From: Phoronis australis
Lineage: Eukaryota > Animalia > Phoronida
Assembly: GCA_002633005.1 (NCBI GenBank)
Contig: NMRA01000073.1
Span: 785,036 to 849,035, forward strand
Reading direction: 5' to 3'
DNA: 64,000 nucleotides
Below are positions 14,201 to 25,265 of this stretch, piece after piece. Position numbers and translations under genes: made by a program. The notes below the pieces were generated by a model. It made no database searches, was not told the DNA's origin, and saw only the letters and a list, made by a program, of their open reading frames with translations. Each line of letters opens with the position of its first letter. Position 1 is the first letter of the stretch.

Positions 14201-17200
14201 ACATTTTTCCGTCATACTTTGTCTGCTGCTATGTCTCCTGAACATAGCTGACATTAATTTCCCAGCAAAAATCTGAATTGCTAGTGGAAATTTCGGTTGC
14301 ATTTTCGTCTAACTTCCAAGTCCTTTGTTGAATCATTGGCTTGTGTTAGAGTAAAAGTTATACAGTTTGAGGCAGTGAAAATTTACTTTGCTCAAGATGG
14401 GAGCCATCCCAAATTCAAGAATTATAAAGATGAACGATGAACAAACATTCACCTTGATGTTATTCATGAGGATGCATGAAAATGTTGCGTTCGCAACAAG
14501 GCTTCAACTTCGTACAATATCTTGTTGCTAGATTACTCACTTGATTTGTTCTTCAGGTTTTTCAAGACCTTTGTCAGTGACCTCTGTTGTCAAACTTTGG
14601 AGCATTATTATTGGTCTCCGATTAATGCCTGTGTTACTCTTTTCAGCTTCTTTCCATCAGACTTGGCACTTCTCGAAGGTAGGGTTTATGTTTCACATAT
14701 GTCTCTTGGTGAAGAAATATTATCTTCATGAAGCTGTGTTTGCACAGAAAAAATGATGATGACAAAAATGGTTATTTGTTGCGAATAGATTTGTTATTTC
14801 TAATTGACTTATGTTATATAATATATGTGATTAGGGTTAATTATTATGTAGATGTTCATGGCTGATTTAAATGAGGGGAAATCACACAGTCTTCAAAGAC
14901 TGGCATAATGAAAAGCCCTCTCACCTTTAAGGAAGTCTAGATTGTATCAATGGGGGGTGGTTGTGAAGCTGAAGTTAACATGGACATTCGAAAGTGAAAG
15001 TTTTGAAATTTTGGGGTTGGTTGTTGGGCTGAAGATGGTCATTATCCAAAACAAGTATGTTACCGCCAATTCTGGACCAGCTCAAAAAATGACTGAAAAA
15101 AATGAACGGGGATTCCCCTCTTTTCTTAGGTTGCGGTGGGGATATGCAAGCCACTGACTTTACTGAGCTGTGTCAGGGATTCAGCAGCCTATTTCGGTCT
15201 GGATCAAACAGTTCAGATGTAGTGACTGTAAAATATGTAGAGATGTACCCCCATTTCTAGCTCAATGCACACTGCTGATGTTAGTGGTATCAATAGAAGT
15301 TTTCATCAGAAATGCTTTTTGAATTCATTTTCCCATGTCGTTTAGGAAGGGGTGTTAATTTTCAATTTCTGTTTTCTTTCAGATCAGGCTAGAAAGAAAG
15401 AGAACCGTATCCCCAACATTGAAATTCAAACATCATTTGGTATAGGGGATTTTTTGAGAACTGGTAAGATATTATTACTAGCAAGCACATGCCTGATCTT
15501 GTGGCCTACACACGACTGTTACACCAACAGGTATCAAACCATCTGTAGAGTCCATGACAAAGGTAATCAGATAAAATACCATTTCCCCATCAGGATGGCT
15601 GATTCCGTTTTCACAAAAAATGGCAGATAACGACTGTTATTGCCGCAAATTTCAAATTTCAAAATGGCTAAATCACATTCATTTTTAGCAGCTTTCCTGT
15701 TAGTTTCTCCTAATGGTCGTGGTGAAGACTGCTCCGGCAATGATTTTGGATGTTGCCCAGAATTTAAAGCAGGAATTCTACGTCATTTTCTGTGAAAATT
15801 TTTTCAATTTTTAGCATTTGCCATAGGAATTAGTCAGGGGGTTTTGACTGAATGAATTCAAGAGCGCCTGACATTTTTAAAAGTAGGTTAGTCATGCAAT
15901 GTGTTTTTGTACCTCCAAAAAAGAGGAGAATTCAATTGAGGCTGAGCCTATTAGGAAGTGGTGTTCAGAAAGTTTTGGTTGGGTAATGCACAAGAACTCA
16001 AATGGTACCCCTGAAAGGTTTACAAAAGGTGGGGTCTTAGTAGAACACACTCCAAATGTGTGTACACGTTATTTTATTTTCAGCTTTGTTTGGGAACTTG
16101 GAATCAGAAATAACTTAACTGATTGTACTCCTCATTGGGTTGCCAAAATAGGTTGACTTGACATGTGCACATATATGTAGTATCTCTATCAGAGTTCACT
16201 ATTACAGGCTACAGAGCTATGTCAACAGGGTAGATTGGAATTCAATTCCGCTCAACTTATGTAAACATGAAAAATTAAGAGCTCAACTCGTGGTGTTTTT
16301 TGGTCATTATTATTAAAGATTTAATTCTTCCTCATGGGTTTGCAAGAAGTAACGTTCTGTGTATCTTTTGGCAGAGAACAACCTGAGTGTGTCTTTTCTA
16401 AGGTTGCTAATGTATCGTTTTCAGTTAACATTCCTGAGTTTCCAAATGCAAAAACTGAAGTTCGTTTGGAATTCAACGACAGGTAAGTCATCCTAAGGCT
16501 GCGCTTCTAGTATCTGTAATATCCATAATAAATTAAACACGTAGAATGTTGATAGCTCACTTACCAGTTTTCTCAACAGTCCTAAAAAACTTGGATGCCT
16601 GAACTGTGGCAACAAACATGTTCCACACTTTAATTTTTTTTGTATATGATATTTAAAAGTCTCATGGTATTTGTTTCCTCTTTTAACATCCTATACGGGC
16701 GTATTGGAGAAATATAGCATTCATTTTGGCATGTTGGTGATTGTTTAAATAAATTTTGGAACCAATATCGGTTTTAGCGGTAATGGACTGTGTAGTTTTT
16801 TGTTGTTTTTGTTTGGATGGTGCAGGTACATGTAGCCTGATAACGAGGGGCTCGTTCTTAGAAAACTGGCTTAGTTATGACACATCTTAAGTTTCAGTCA
16901 GTTTTAAGAGAAATCTGAAATTTGCCTCTGTCAAGTCTGTTTCAAGAAAGAGCTCTTTAGTTTAACTTAGGTTTTTTCTGCATTTTGATTAACTTACCAG
17001 ATGTGGAAGTTTAAAGTTTGGAAGTTGAGACAAATCTTAGTCAAAATGAACTTGTGTCAGTTTCTTGGAACGTGCCTCAGTAACACAAACACAGTAATTT
17101 CTCGACAATTTCGGACAAAAATAATTATGAAAATTGACCTGTTCTCATTTTTCAAAGGGTTCTAGCATTGTTGTGAATGTCAAAGATTCTCAGAAATTGT

Positions 17201-19525
17201 CTTATATGTAGTAGCAATGGAACAGTACTTAACAATTACAAAGCGTTTATTTGGTTTTACTCACCTTTTTGAGGAACGGAATTTCACTGAATCCACCATA
17301 TCGTGTTCTAAACTGGTAAGATTCACGCTGTAATATTACTGTAACAGAATATTGTCAGTTATACCCATATTTTGTAAGTGTTGAACATGATGGAGAAAAC
17401 TGTTAAGAAAAACTTAATAAGTAAATTGTAACTATTGGATCACACCAACATTTACATACAGCTGTAGTAATGCTGTATTCATGTTCGTCTGTGTACATAA
17501 TAGGTACCTGCTTTTGACTGAATGTTTCTCATTTAGTTTCAGCTCCAAACAACGACTCGTGAAAACATGTCAAAAGGTTTTGTCAAGTATCTAGTGATGA
17601 GATTCTTGATCAGGGACAGAATTTAACCAGTAAATTTTGTTTAGGAATTTTAATTGCAATTAGTCCTCATCATGTGTTTCCTATGATAGGTCATACCGAC
17701 TAAATTCATCTAGCAGCGGGGACGAAGACATTTCTAAAGGAACAAAGAGTAAAACTAAGAAGAAGAAGAAGAAAAAGAAGACGGCGGCCAATCGGGAATC
17801 GGGAGATTTTTCCAGTGCTGATGTTTTGTCGTCAGTAAACAAGAACACTGGCTCAAGTGTTAGTCAGAGCAATCAAGGGTCAAAAGTCACAGTAGAAGAA
17901 ACAAATGTTTTTGCCTCTATGTTACGTGTCAGGCCAAAGACTGGTCCGTCGTCAAGCTCTAGTGTGAAAGAGAACAAGGACAAGGAACACGTTACTGAGA
18001 ACAAGGGAAAGTGTTCAGACCAAGTGGGTGATGCTAGTACAACTACTTCAGTCAATACAAAACCACTGAAGCGGTGTAGGTGGTGTGACAAGGAAGAGCC
18101 TTCGCGGAAAACGTTTAAAAAGTGCGCCAGGTTAGCATCAGCCTACTTTCAAAATGTGGGGGCAGATCCAGGATTTTGAGTTGGGGAGGGGCAAGGCAGG
18201 GTATTAGTCATGATTTTGCCCGTCAGACATTCGCACCCCTGAAGTGCCAAATCGAATATGGACCATGGCCCCCTTGCCCCCTCCCCCCAAAAATCCGCCA
18301 TTGTAATGTAATCTGTGGTTTTCAAAATGTGATTTACAGAAAAACTCATTACAATAACTCCGACACGCTTGAGAGTATGGATGTTCTAGTCTGTACAAGT
18401 GGGCCTTCAGATTAGTGAAATTTCTGATAAAAAAACTTCAGGGTGGTTGGATCTGACTGCATTCTGTCATCTAAATTTTAAAGGAAACGTTACAACAGAC
18501 TTCTGGTAGAATCACTCATCTGAGCTCTTTTCAATTTTTGACGTAACGTAGGTGCAGCTGACGTCTTTGACGAGAAACTATCAATTGTTGGCTTCTAACT
18601 CATCACATTTACATATTCTGGATGTCGTCGACGTGTAAATGCTAAATAATCAATGTTATTCTTTCCTTTGAGAAAAATTATGCCATCATTTAGGTTTGGG
18701 AATCGAGCTCTCCGTTTCTCCACTGCTCCCTGTAAAGTGTTGATTCATGCCTATCTGGGTGTTTGAGCAATGCCATTGTCCTTGTCCAGTGACGTTTGTC
18801 CAGGTTATAGTTCAAGCTCAGTGCTTGATCTCAGCTGCCAGTCGGACTTTTCTGATGTATTTGGATACCCACAGTTGCCAAGCTTTCGCAGGTTGATATT
18901 AATGTATAATCAGTACAACTCTAACCATTTAAAATGACATTAAACCTGTGTTCTCATGGTTTTTTGTGACATGCGAGCAGGTGTCACCACAAGTAAAGAT
19001 CTGTGTTATTTTGTTAAATACATTGAAAGCAGAATTTTTATAGGCATTGTATACACGCTTGATTTTGAAAGACATGACATTTATTGCGATTAGTTACCCA
19101 TTATTTTTTCCATAGAATGTTGACTCTTGATTGGTGGTCTTCACATATGGAAAGAGACTGGATGTGGCCTTTGTCATGTCATGTGACTTAATCATGTGAT
19201 GTGTCTGTTTCAGGTGTAGAGATGAAGGCGTAGCATCTCCTAGGTTTTACTGTGGAAAAGACTGTCAGAGTGAGTTTTACTTCCTTAAGTTTGAAAGTTT
19301 GATTTATGTATCACATAATGAATAGCTGGTATAAAAATTAAAATGATACCTTGAATTGAAATAGTTTATTAAGTTTTGTCCCAAAAATACTAATTGTATG
19401 TATGACTACATGTTATAGTGCATTGTTAAATGCGATTTTTATGTTCTGTTAATTTTCTTAACTTTTTTTCAGTTTCCGATTGGCATTCGAAACACAGAAT
19501 GGAACACAAGAATAAATTTTTTTGA
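11222..19525 (+). CDS. Multi-exon gene encoding a C-terminal MYND-type zinc finger protein (5' end unresolved)
   Basis: Phase-consistent AG/GT exons 11222-11278, 11801-11869, 12735-12772, 14557-14678, 15383-15439, 16425-16482, 17690-18130, 19214-19269 and 19473-19525 give 316 open codons. The protein ends CRWCDKEEPSRKTFKKCARCRDEGVASPRFYCGKDCQISDWHSKHRMEHKNKFF*. A poly-Lys tract (KTKKKKKKKK) looks like an NLS. Confidence 0.75.
12321..12581 (-). mobile_element. Second copy of the Kolobok right terminus, cut off by an assembly N
   Basis: TTAA (12317-12320), then AGGCGAAGGCAACC. Near-identical to the reverse complement of about 25339-25599 and stops at the N at 12582. Confidence 0.9.
12583..12680. 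repeat. 33-bp tandem repeat, 3 copies
   Basis: AAACCC.CAA.AAA..TATTCTATGTT.TGTA x3, directly after the N. Confidence 0.85.
16845..17080. mobile_element. MITE with GGGGCC..TTC terminal inverted repeats (family shared with 41292-41524)
   Basis: GGGGCTCGTTCTTAGAAAACTGGCTTAG ... TCAGTTTCTTGGAACGTGCCTC. The internal ATGTGGAAGTTT.AAAGTTTGGAAGTT is shared with the 41.3 kb copy. Confidence 0.7.
17690..18130 (+). CDS. Largest exon of the MYND-finger gene (poly-Lys tract, first half of the MYND finger)
   Basis: Acceptor ctatgatag|G, donor CCAG|gttagc. In frame with ORF 17826-18179 and encodes KRCRWC...KKCAR. Confidence 0.85.
18157..18303 (-). mobile_element. MITE, CAGTGGCGGAT-terminal family
   Basis: GGGGGCAGATCCAGGATTTT ... 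AAATCCGCCATTG, with flanks AAATG/TAATG (4 of 5 match as a TSD). Confidence 0.75.
19214..19525 (+). CDS. Last two exons of the MYND-finger gene (19214-19269, 19473-19525)
   Basis: tttcag|G..CAGA|gtgagt and ttttttcag|TT..TGA. They encode CRDEGVASPRFYCGKDCQ and ISDWHSKHRMEH, matching the MYND signature YCxxxCQxxDW. Confidence 0.85.
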
Positions 19526-21959
19526 AAGCAATTTTAAGTTTTGTTTTTATCAATTGTTGTAAATTTTTGATATGAAATTTCATTGGATTGAATACTGTAT
19601 ATTCAAGTACTTGATTTGAGAAAGAATTTGAAAGTTTCCTGTCTCACTCAATTTTGCTGTTATTGCCATGGCAACTGTTCCTTTAATATCTAATGGTATT
19701 TTCAACACTGCCAAAATTTTGAAAATTGAGATTGGTTTACCATTAGTTATGTTGTAGTTTTTTCATTCGTTGTCATTGCATCACATTTGATAGAATTTTT
19801 AGTGAATGTAAGATACGACGTTTTAGTTGGTTTATTGACGTCTGTGCTCTCAAGTCACCAGATGGATGAGGTTATTTTGAAGGATCAAACCTTGAAGCTT
19901 TGAATGATTGACAAGGACCAGGCACTGCCATTTTCATTAGGTATAAAGTGTTCACCCTTTTGGACCCCCTCCCCCTGAAAGTGTGCAACAAATGTTGATA
20001 TTGCAAACTGTGTGTATGTATTAGCAATGAGAAATCGGCCTTGATGTCCACATTTAAGATTTACGGTGAGATTTATGTTCTTGTCATACTGTAACTTTAT
20101 GAAAAGCTATAAGCATTGAATTTCGTCTTTTCTCATCACATTTTTGAAAAGGTTGCATAGTCTAGCTGCCACCCTCATCTCCTACCTAAAACCTGTGTTT
20201 TGTACATTGTTGAAAATCATAGCAATGACAATTATTGTGAACCTTTCTCTTTGTGTTAATGTGAGGGTTAGAAATGATGGTGTCCTCTGGCTTAACATTC
20301 TGTCAAATTACAGTGTTGGACAAATGGCCATCTGGACAAAGATAAATGTCATGTTATCTATATTTTTTCTTCAATATCCACAGAGTGCATGCAGATAATA
20401 TCAACAGTATTCTTCAGTGTTGTTGTACCAGTGACCTTTGAACCTTGCTTTATTGTGGTAAAATTTTATCAGTTTTGCAAAAAAATTAGTGACCAAAACT
20501 GTGAATGCCCACATCACAAAGTGTTGCCTGATTGTAGGTAAATGGTATTGAAGTTGAACTTTACAAAGCATTTATTTGGTGCGATTTTTGAAAAAGTAGA
20601 ATTTCACATGTCCCGGATATTGTTTACGAAATTGGTGAGATTCTACCATAATACGGATTTTTTTTATTGGTCAGCTGTTCAACTTTCTGTTTCAGTGACA
20701 AAATCTTAAGAAGACTTAATTTAAATTGTCTCAGTTTGAAGGCGTACTTTGAATGATCAGATTCGTTGTTTCTACAACATCTTTATGTTTATTTCATTTT
20801 CATATCTCATGATAGAAATGTGCTGAAAGTTGAAAAACTTCTTCAACTGACACATCAGCAGAATATGAAAGCCCATCAGTGCTAGAAAAATATGTTTTGA
20901 ATCTGTTACAATTATAGATTTGCAATATGTTATTGTACAGATTGTCAGTATGTTACTACAGGATGTCAATAAATTGTTATGCATTTACCGTCTTTTATTT
21001 TAGATTTCGTAATCCTCTTAAAAGGGATTTCAAATCTGTAATTAGCGATCTCTTAATGGATTTACTAACCACGGTTGAAGTATTTACCCGTGCTTCTAGA
21101 CTTGTGTAATGTTGACGGACCCGTGTCATATGAGTGAACGTATCCTATAGTATCAGTTTGGGGATCAGCAACCGCCTGACGACTAACTTGTATGGTTTGC
21201 AGAAAACCACAATGTGTGTTTGACAACTGAAAGCAAAGTCTTCATAGAGATCTGAAGCATGGAGATCTTTTTCGCGAAGTTATCACAGCAGCATTTATTA
21301 AAGAGATGTATGCATTCGGAATGTATCCGAATATATACAGGGAAGTCATCCACCATCTGTTTTAAGAGTCTTAGATCTCAACCAATCTGTAGAGCAAGAC
21401 AGACGCTTCAGACGTGTGTATCGAGTAAGACACCCTAGCTGCGTGTGTGTGCCATATTGACTCTTATGGTATATTAAAGCATGACCTCGTTCGAGGCAGA
21501 TATCATGGTTGGAAGTGATACCAACTCAGTGATCAGAAGGCTATCGCTGGCGAATAGTTACTTCAGATCGCCGATAGCCTTTTAAAGTAAGCCAAGTTCT
21601 CCATCACGGTGAGCTCATTCGCCAGTCTTTGGCTTTTGTCAATGTCGGTGATGTTTACTCTAACGAACCACTTCCTGTTACCTGAGCATTTTCTTCTCGA
21701 GTTTCCTTCTGGTTTGTCAGTACCCTTAGCTTTTTGTCTTAAACATTTGCTAGTATCTTCGCGTAGAGGTTAAGCAAGGCTTTTTGGATCTCGACGGCGG
21801 TATGTGCCACCATCGATCTGATTCCATTTCTACAGCTTCAGACTGGCTGTCTGGTGATGCGGTCAAGGAACGGCCACTGTCTTTGTCACCCTGGCAGGCA
21901 AGAGAATGGACATAGGCCGGGGCCTGCTGAGGCTCATCTGTCGCCATTAGTTCCATGAG

Positions 21960-22330
21960 GTGAGGATGCTATTGTGGGTTGCGACTGATGGCTCCTTCTT
22001 GACTAACCACAATCTCGCGGGTTGTGGCTACCACATCTGTTCAATCAATACCACTGCTGATGAAGGATCTGGATGCCACAATAACACCAACACCACTCGC
22101 ATGATGGCCATACAACATGCTGTCGTCAGACTCTCTCGGCTGGATCTTGCTCCTGGCATTTTCATCTTCGCAACATTCTATGACTGTCCTGTCAAAGATA
22201 TGCTCTGGCAACCTGGCATCTTACTGGACCATTTTTCGTGCCAAGCATCCATCCCAGGCTGTGGTGTGGACCTATGTGCCTGGTCATGTCGGCGTCACTA
22301 GCTGGCTGGGGCATCTTACAGACAACAGTC
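21960..22330 (+). mobile_element. Degraded RNase H domain of a non-LTR retrotransposon
   Basis: WVATDGS..AGCG, MAIQHA, SMTVL and VVWTYVPGHVGV across frames match the non-LTR RNase HI motifs (TDGS, ExxAI, DS, WxPGHxG). Confidence 0.75.
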
Positions 22331-22473
22331 CTCCCAATCTGTAATGTGCATCTCCGACATCAAGCTTTTGGCTACGCATTCTTCCATCGTCAGCGTCTAT
22401 CGATTGTCTACCTGTGGTGACGGGACCCGCATCTTGAACTCTGGAATTTTAGTTTCGACCTGCACCTCCCGCC

Positions 22474-23119
22474 GGGTCCAGGGGCATACAGAGGCGACTG
22501 AAAAACCAACAGCTAACGGGCAACTCCAGTATTGGAAATAAGCGTATAATGCTGTCAGGATGGAAGTGTGGCGAGATGACTAGTGCCGTCGCACACTGTC
22601 TACGGACCCAGTCTGTGATAGGTAATTTGCAGCAAATACAATGTTCAACAATGGCAATGCCACGCATACATATCCGGAGTCATTGCTGCTATCATGTAAA
22701 ATCGTTTGTAACAAAACATATCGTATCTTTCCATATTTCCCACTGATAAAATATATCAAGATTCGTCTCATTTTTCCAGTATATATTGAGGACCATACAT
22801 TAATGCAACATCAGACCCACCAAAATGAAAATGAGCGTTCAAAAATTTCAAGCGAGTTCACTGGACCTTAGTGTGTGGAACTGACGGGTTCACATTCTGG
22901 ATCGTGTAAAGTAACACCGCAGGGCTGGCTTGCATAAAACTTATCTGCTGGACAATTTTGATTGACATCAAATACAAGTGGGTCCAGGGGCATACAGAGG
23001 GGACTGAAAAACCGGCAACATCACTATTGGAAGTTTGTGTATAATGTTGTCAAGATGGAAGTGTGGTGAGATGATTAGTACCGTCGCTTTCTATGACACA
23101 GTCTGTGATGGTAATTTGC
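22474..23119 (+). repeat. About 150-bp diverged direct repeat (22474-22630 and 22980-23119)
   Basis: GGGTCCAGGGGCATACAGAGG.GACTGAAAAACC ... GATGGAAGTGTGG.GAGATGA.TAGT.CCGTCGC ... CAGTCTGTGAT occurs twice. Confidence 0.8.
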
Positions 23120-24189
23120 TAGTAATTTTCCTTTGCGTTTGAAGAAAACCACGCTGAGTGTGTACTTTGTTTCGTCATACAGTTTGCCAGGAACACCTGG
23201 CACGATGGCTTGCAAATTCAAAATCTATTTCTGCTTTGGTTAAAAGGATTTTGGCGGGCGGAAAGTCGTTTTAGTACCTTTCCATGCACTGCAGATACAA
23301 GAAATGACTTAGTCCGGCCAGCATCCAGTTCTCTGAAGCACAATAACACTATGTAACACCCGACAACCCCCAAAAGTTTGGAGGAAAATTTGAAAGCTTC
23401 TTTCAAAGTATCCTAAACGAGCAAGCGTGACCTACGCTTTAAGCGAATTACACGGCGGCTGTGGGAATAGTGACAAATCCGGTAGCTGTGACATAGGGAG
23501 TATGAGTTTTTAATCGAGTCCTGCGTTAATTTCGGCCGGTGGTTTTGGGAAATTGACGCCAATGGTGCTTTAGCAGGTGACAAAACGAGGATTGGTTGAA
23601 ATCATCAAAACAGGGTTTAGTTAATATCCTTTTAATGATCTTTCCAATGTAGTCAATCTGCGCGTTTGTGTTCCTTTACTAGGTTCAAAATAGTTTATCT
23701 CCGCTTCCACACACAGACTACCCGTGGTCGTTTTTATCCGGCGTCTGAGACTTTTTTTTTACTTTAGTGTGAGTTGGCCATTCTGAGCTAATTGTTGACT
23801 CTTGCACGTCGGATGCACCCTTCGATTCCTCACAGCGTGTATACTTCCCTGAAGCTGTTGTATTGTATGATGCTGCCATCTGTAGTTGGTAGTAGAGTGT
23901 TCTATTGCTTTGTAATTTTAAAGGCGAAGGCAACCTTTTTCCATGTCATTTTGAGCTAAAATAAGGTTGGTTGGTTATCCTAGACATATTTTCCACTTAA
24001 TTACATCTTTTCGTAATTCTATCATTAATTACTCGCCCGCTACTGCGGAAGTGACGTTTTAGGAGGCAAGCATTTCGCGCCAATTTCTTTTCATATAGTC
24101 TGACTGTGAGAGCTGCCGAGTCAGTCATTGTTCTACCTCGGTTGTGTTAAGTTCCGTCGTCGTTTGCTTTCATTTACTAGTCAGTCAAT

Positions 24190-24816
24190 ATGCCACACTG
24201 TTGCTGCGTACCGGAATGTACTAATTATCGGCTCACGCGCGCTTTGGGAGTACCTTTGCATCGCTTTCCGATGGATGACACACTTCGCCGTACTTGGCTC
24301 GTTCGTGTGAAGAACGCAGCGTTACCCGTCCACGCAACGTACAAAGCAGTGGAGAATTACCGTGTGTGTGGCAAGCACTTTCTGCCGTCCGATTACGAAA
24401 GGGATTTGTACGCTGAACTGATGAAGGTCCCCGCGAAACAACGCTTGAAGAAGGATGCCATTCCGTCTGTGTTGATTCCCGGCAGTGCCCCGTCGCCACC
24501 CCCGAGAAGTGCGTTTTTGAAGCGAGAAGCCTCGCGAGCTGTGGCCAGTACAGTGACTGGAGCCAGTGGAGGCACTTCATCTACTGTCACCCGTGCCTCC
24601 GAACGTACCCCAGAGCGTGCAATTCCTGGAACCAGTAGTGATTCGCCCTGTGCTGTTTTCTCCAGCCCAGAGCCTCTAAGCAGCCCTGCAGCGATATTGA
24701 GTAGTGGGAGTGATTACAGGCCCAGTTCGACACCCAGTGAAGAGGACAGTTTGTCGTTCAGTGAACAGATCGGTGAGCCAAACTTTGATAAGTTTATTGT
24801 GGACTTGTCTATTTAG
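24190..24816 (+). CDS. THAP-domain protein (N-terminal part of the Kolobok transposase)
   Basis: MPHCCCVPEC..LHRFP..W..RVCGKHF..LKKDAIPSV is a complete THAP C2CH signature. After a frameshift near 24810 it continues into a zinc-finger-like LFRRCQMC..WECVAGHSGKWDS. Confidence 0.9.
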   Translation: MPHCCCVPECTNYRLTRALGVPLHRFPMDDTLRRTWLVRVKNAALPVHATYKAVENYRVCGKHFLPSDYERDLYAELMKVPAKQRLKKDAIPSVLIPGSAPSPPPRSAFLKREASRAVASTVTGASGGTSSTVTRASERTPERAIPGTSSDSPCAVFSSPEPLSSPAAILSSGSDYRPSSTPSEEDSLSFSEQIGEPNFDKFIVDLSI

Positions 24817-24999
24817 AAGGTGCCAGATGTGTGGCGAGGGAGTCACACGACACGATGTAAGCAGTTTGGGTGCTCAGGTCACCATCCAGTGGGAGTGTGT
24901 CGCGGGACACTCTGGCAAGTGGGACAGTTGTTCCTCTGTCCATGGTATGCCGGAGGTCCACTTAACCATGTCCAGTAGTGGCTTGGCCTCGTCGAACTC

Positions 25000-25265
25000 T
25001 GAAGAAAGCATTCCATTGAGGTAGGCATAACATCGCACACAGTGCATTTGCACGAAGATGTGTCACCACGACTATCCTCAATAGCTGCCTCATTTCTCTC
25101 AACAGCTGCCTGTGCCTGTGCGTACTCTGCCTCGTTATACTTGGGCTCAAACATGTACCCACCCACTGAATGTCCGTGAAAAAATTCCTCGTCACCACTG
25201 CTGTGAACAAGGTCTCCGTCACTCACACTACTGTCACTGTGATACGGGTCACCGACTGCAGCCAT
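25000..25265 (-). pseudogene. Truncated KolX-like (P2X7 ballast-like Cys-rich) second gene of the Kolobok element
   Basis: MAAVGDP..GYMFEPKY..SSCKCTVCDVMPTSMECF resembles the YxFEP..CxCxxCxxMxTxxECxCC motif and is cut at the deletion junction. Confidence 0.65.

Noticed and set aside
13585-14302. Overlapping minus-strand ORFs up to 165 aa
   Set aside because: No recognisable motifs, and they lie inside an intron of the plus-strand gene. Probably repeat-derived or chance.
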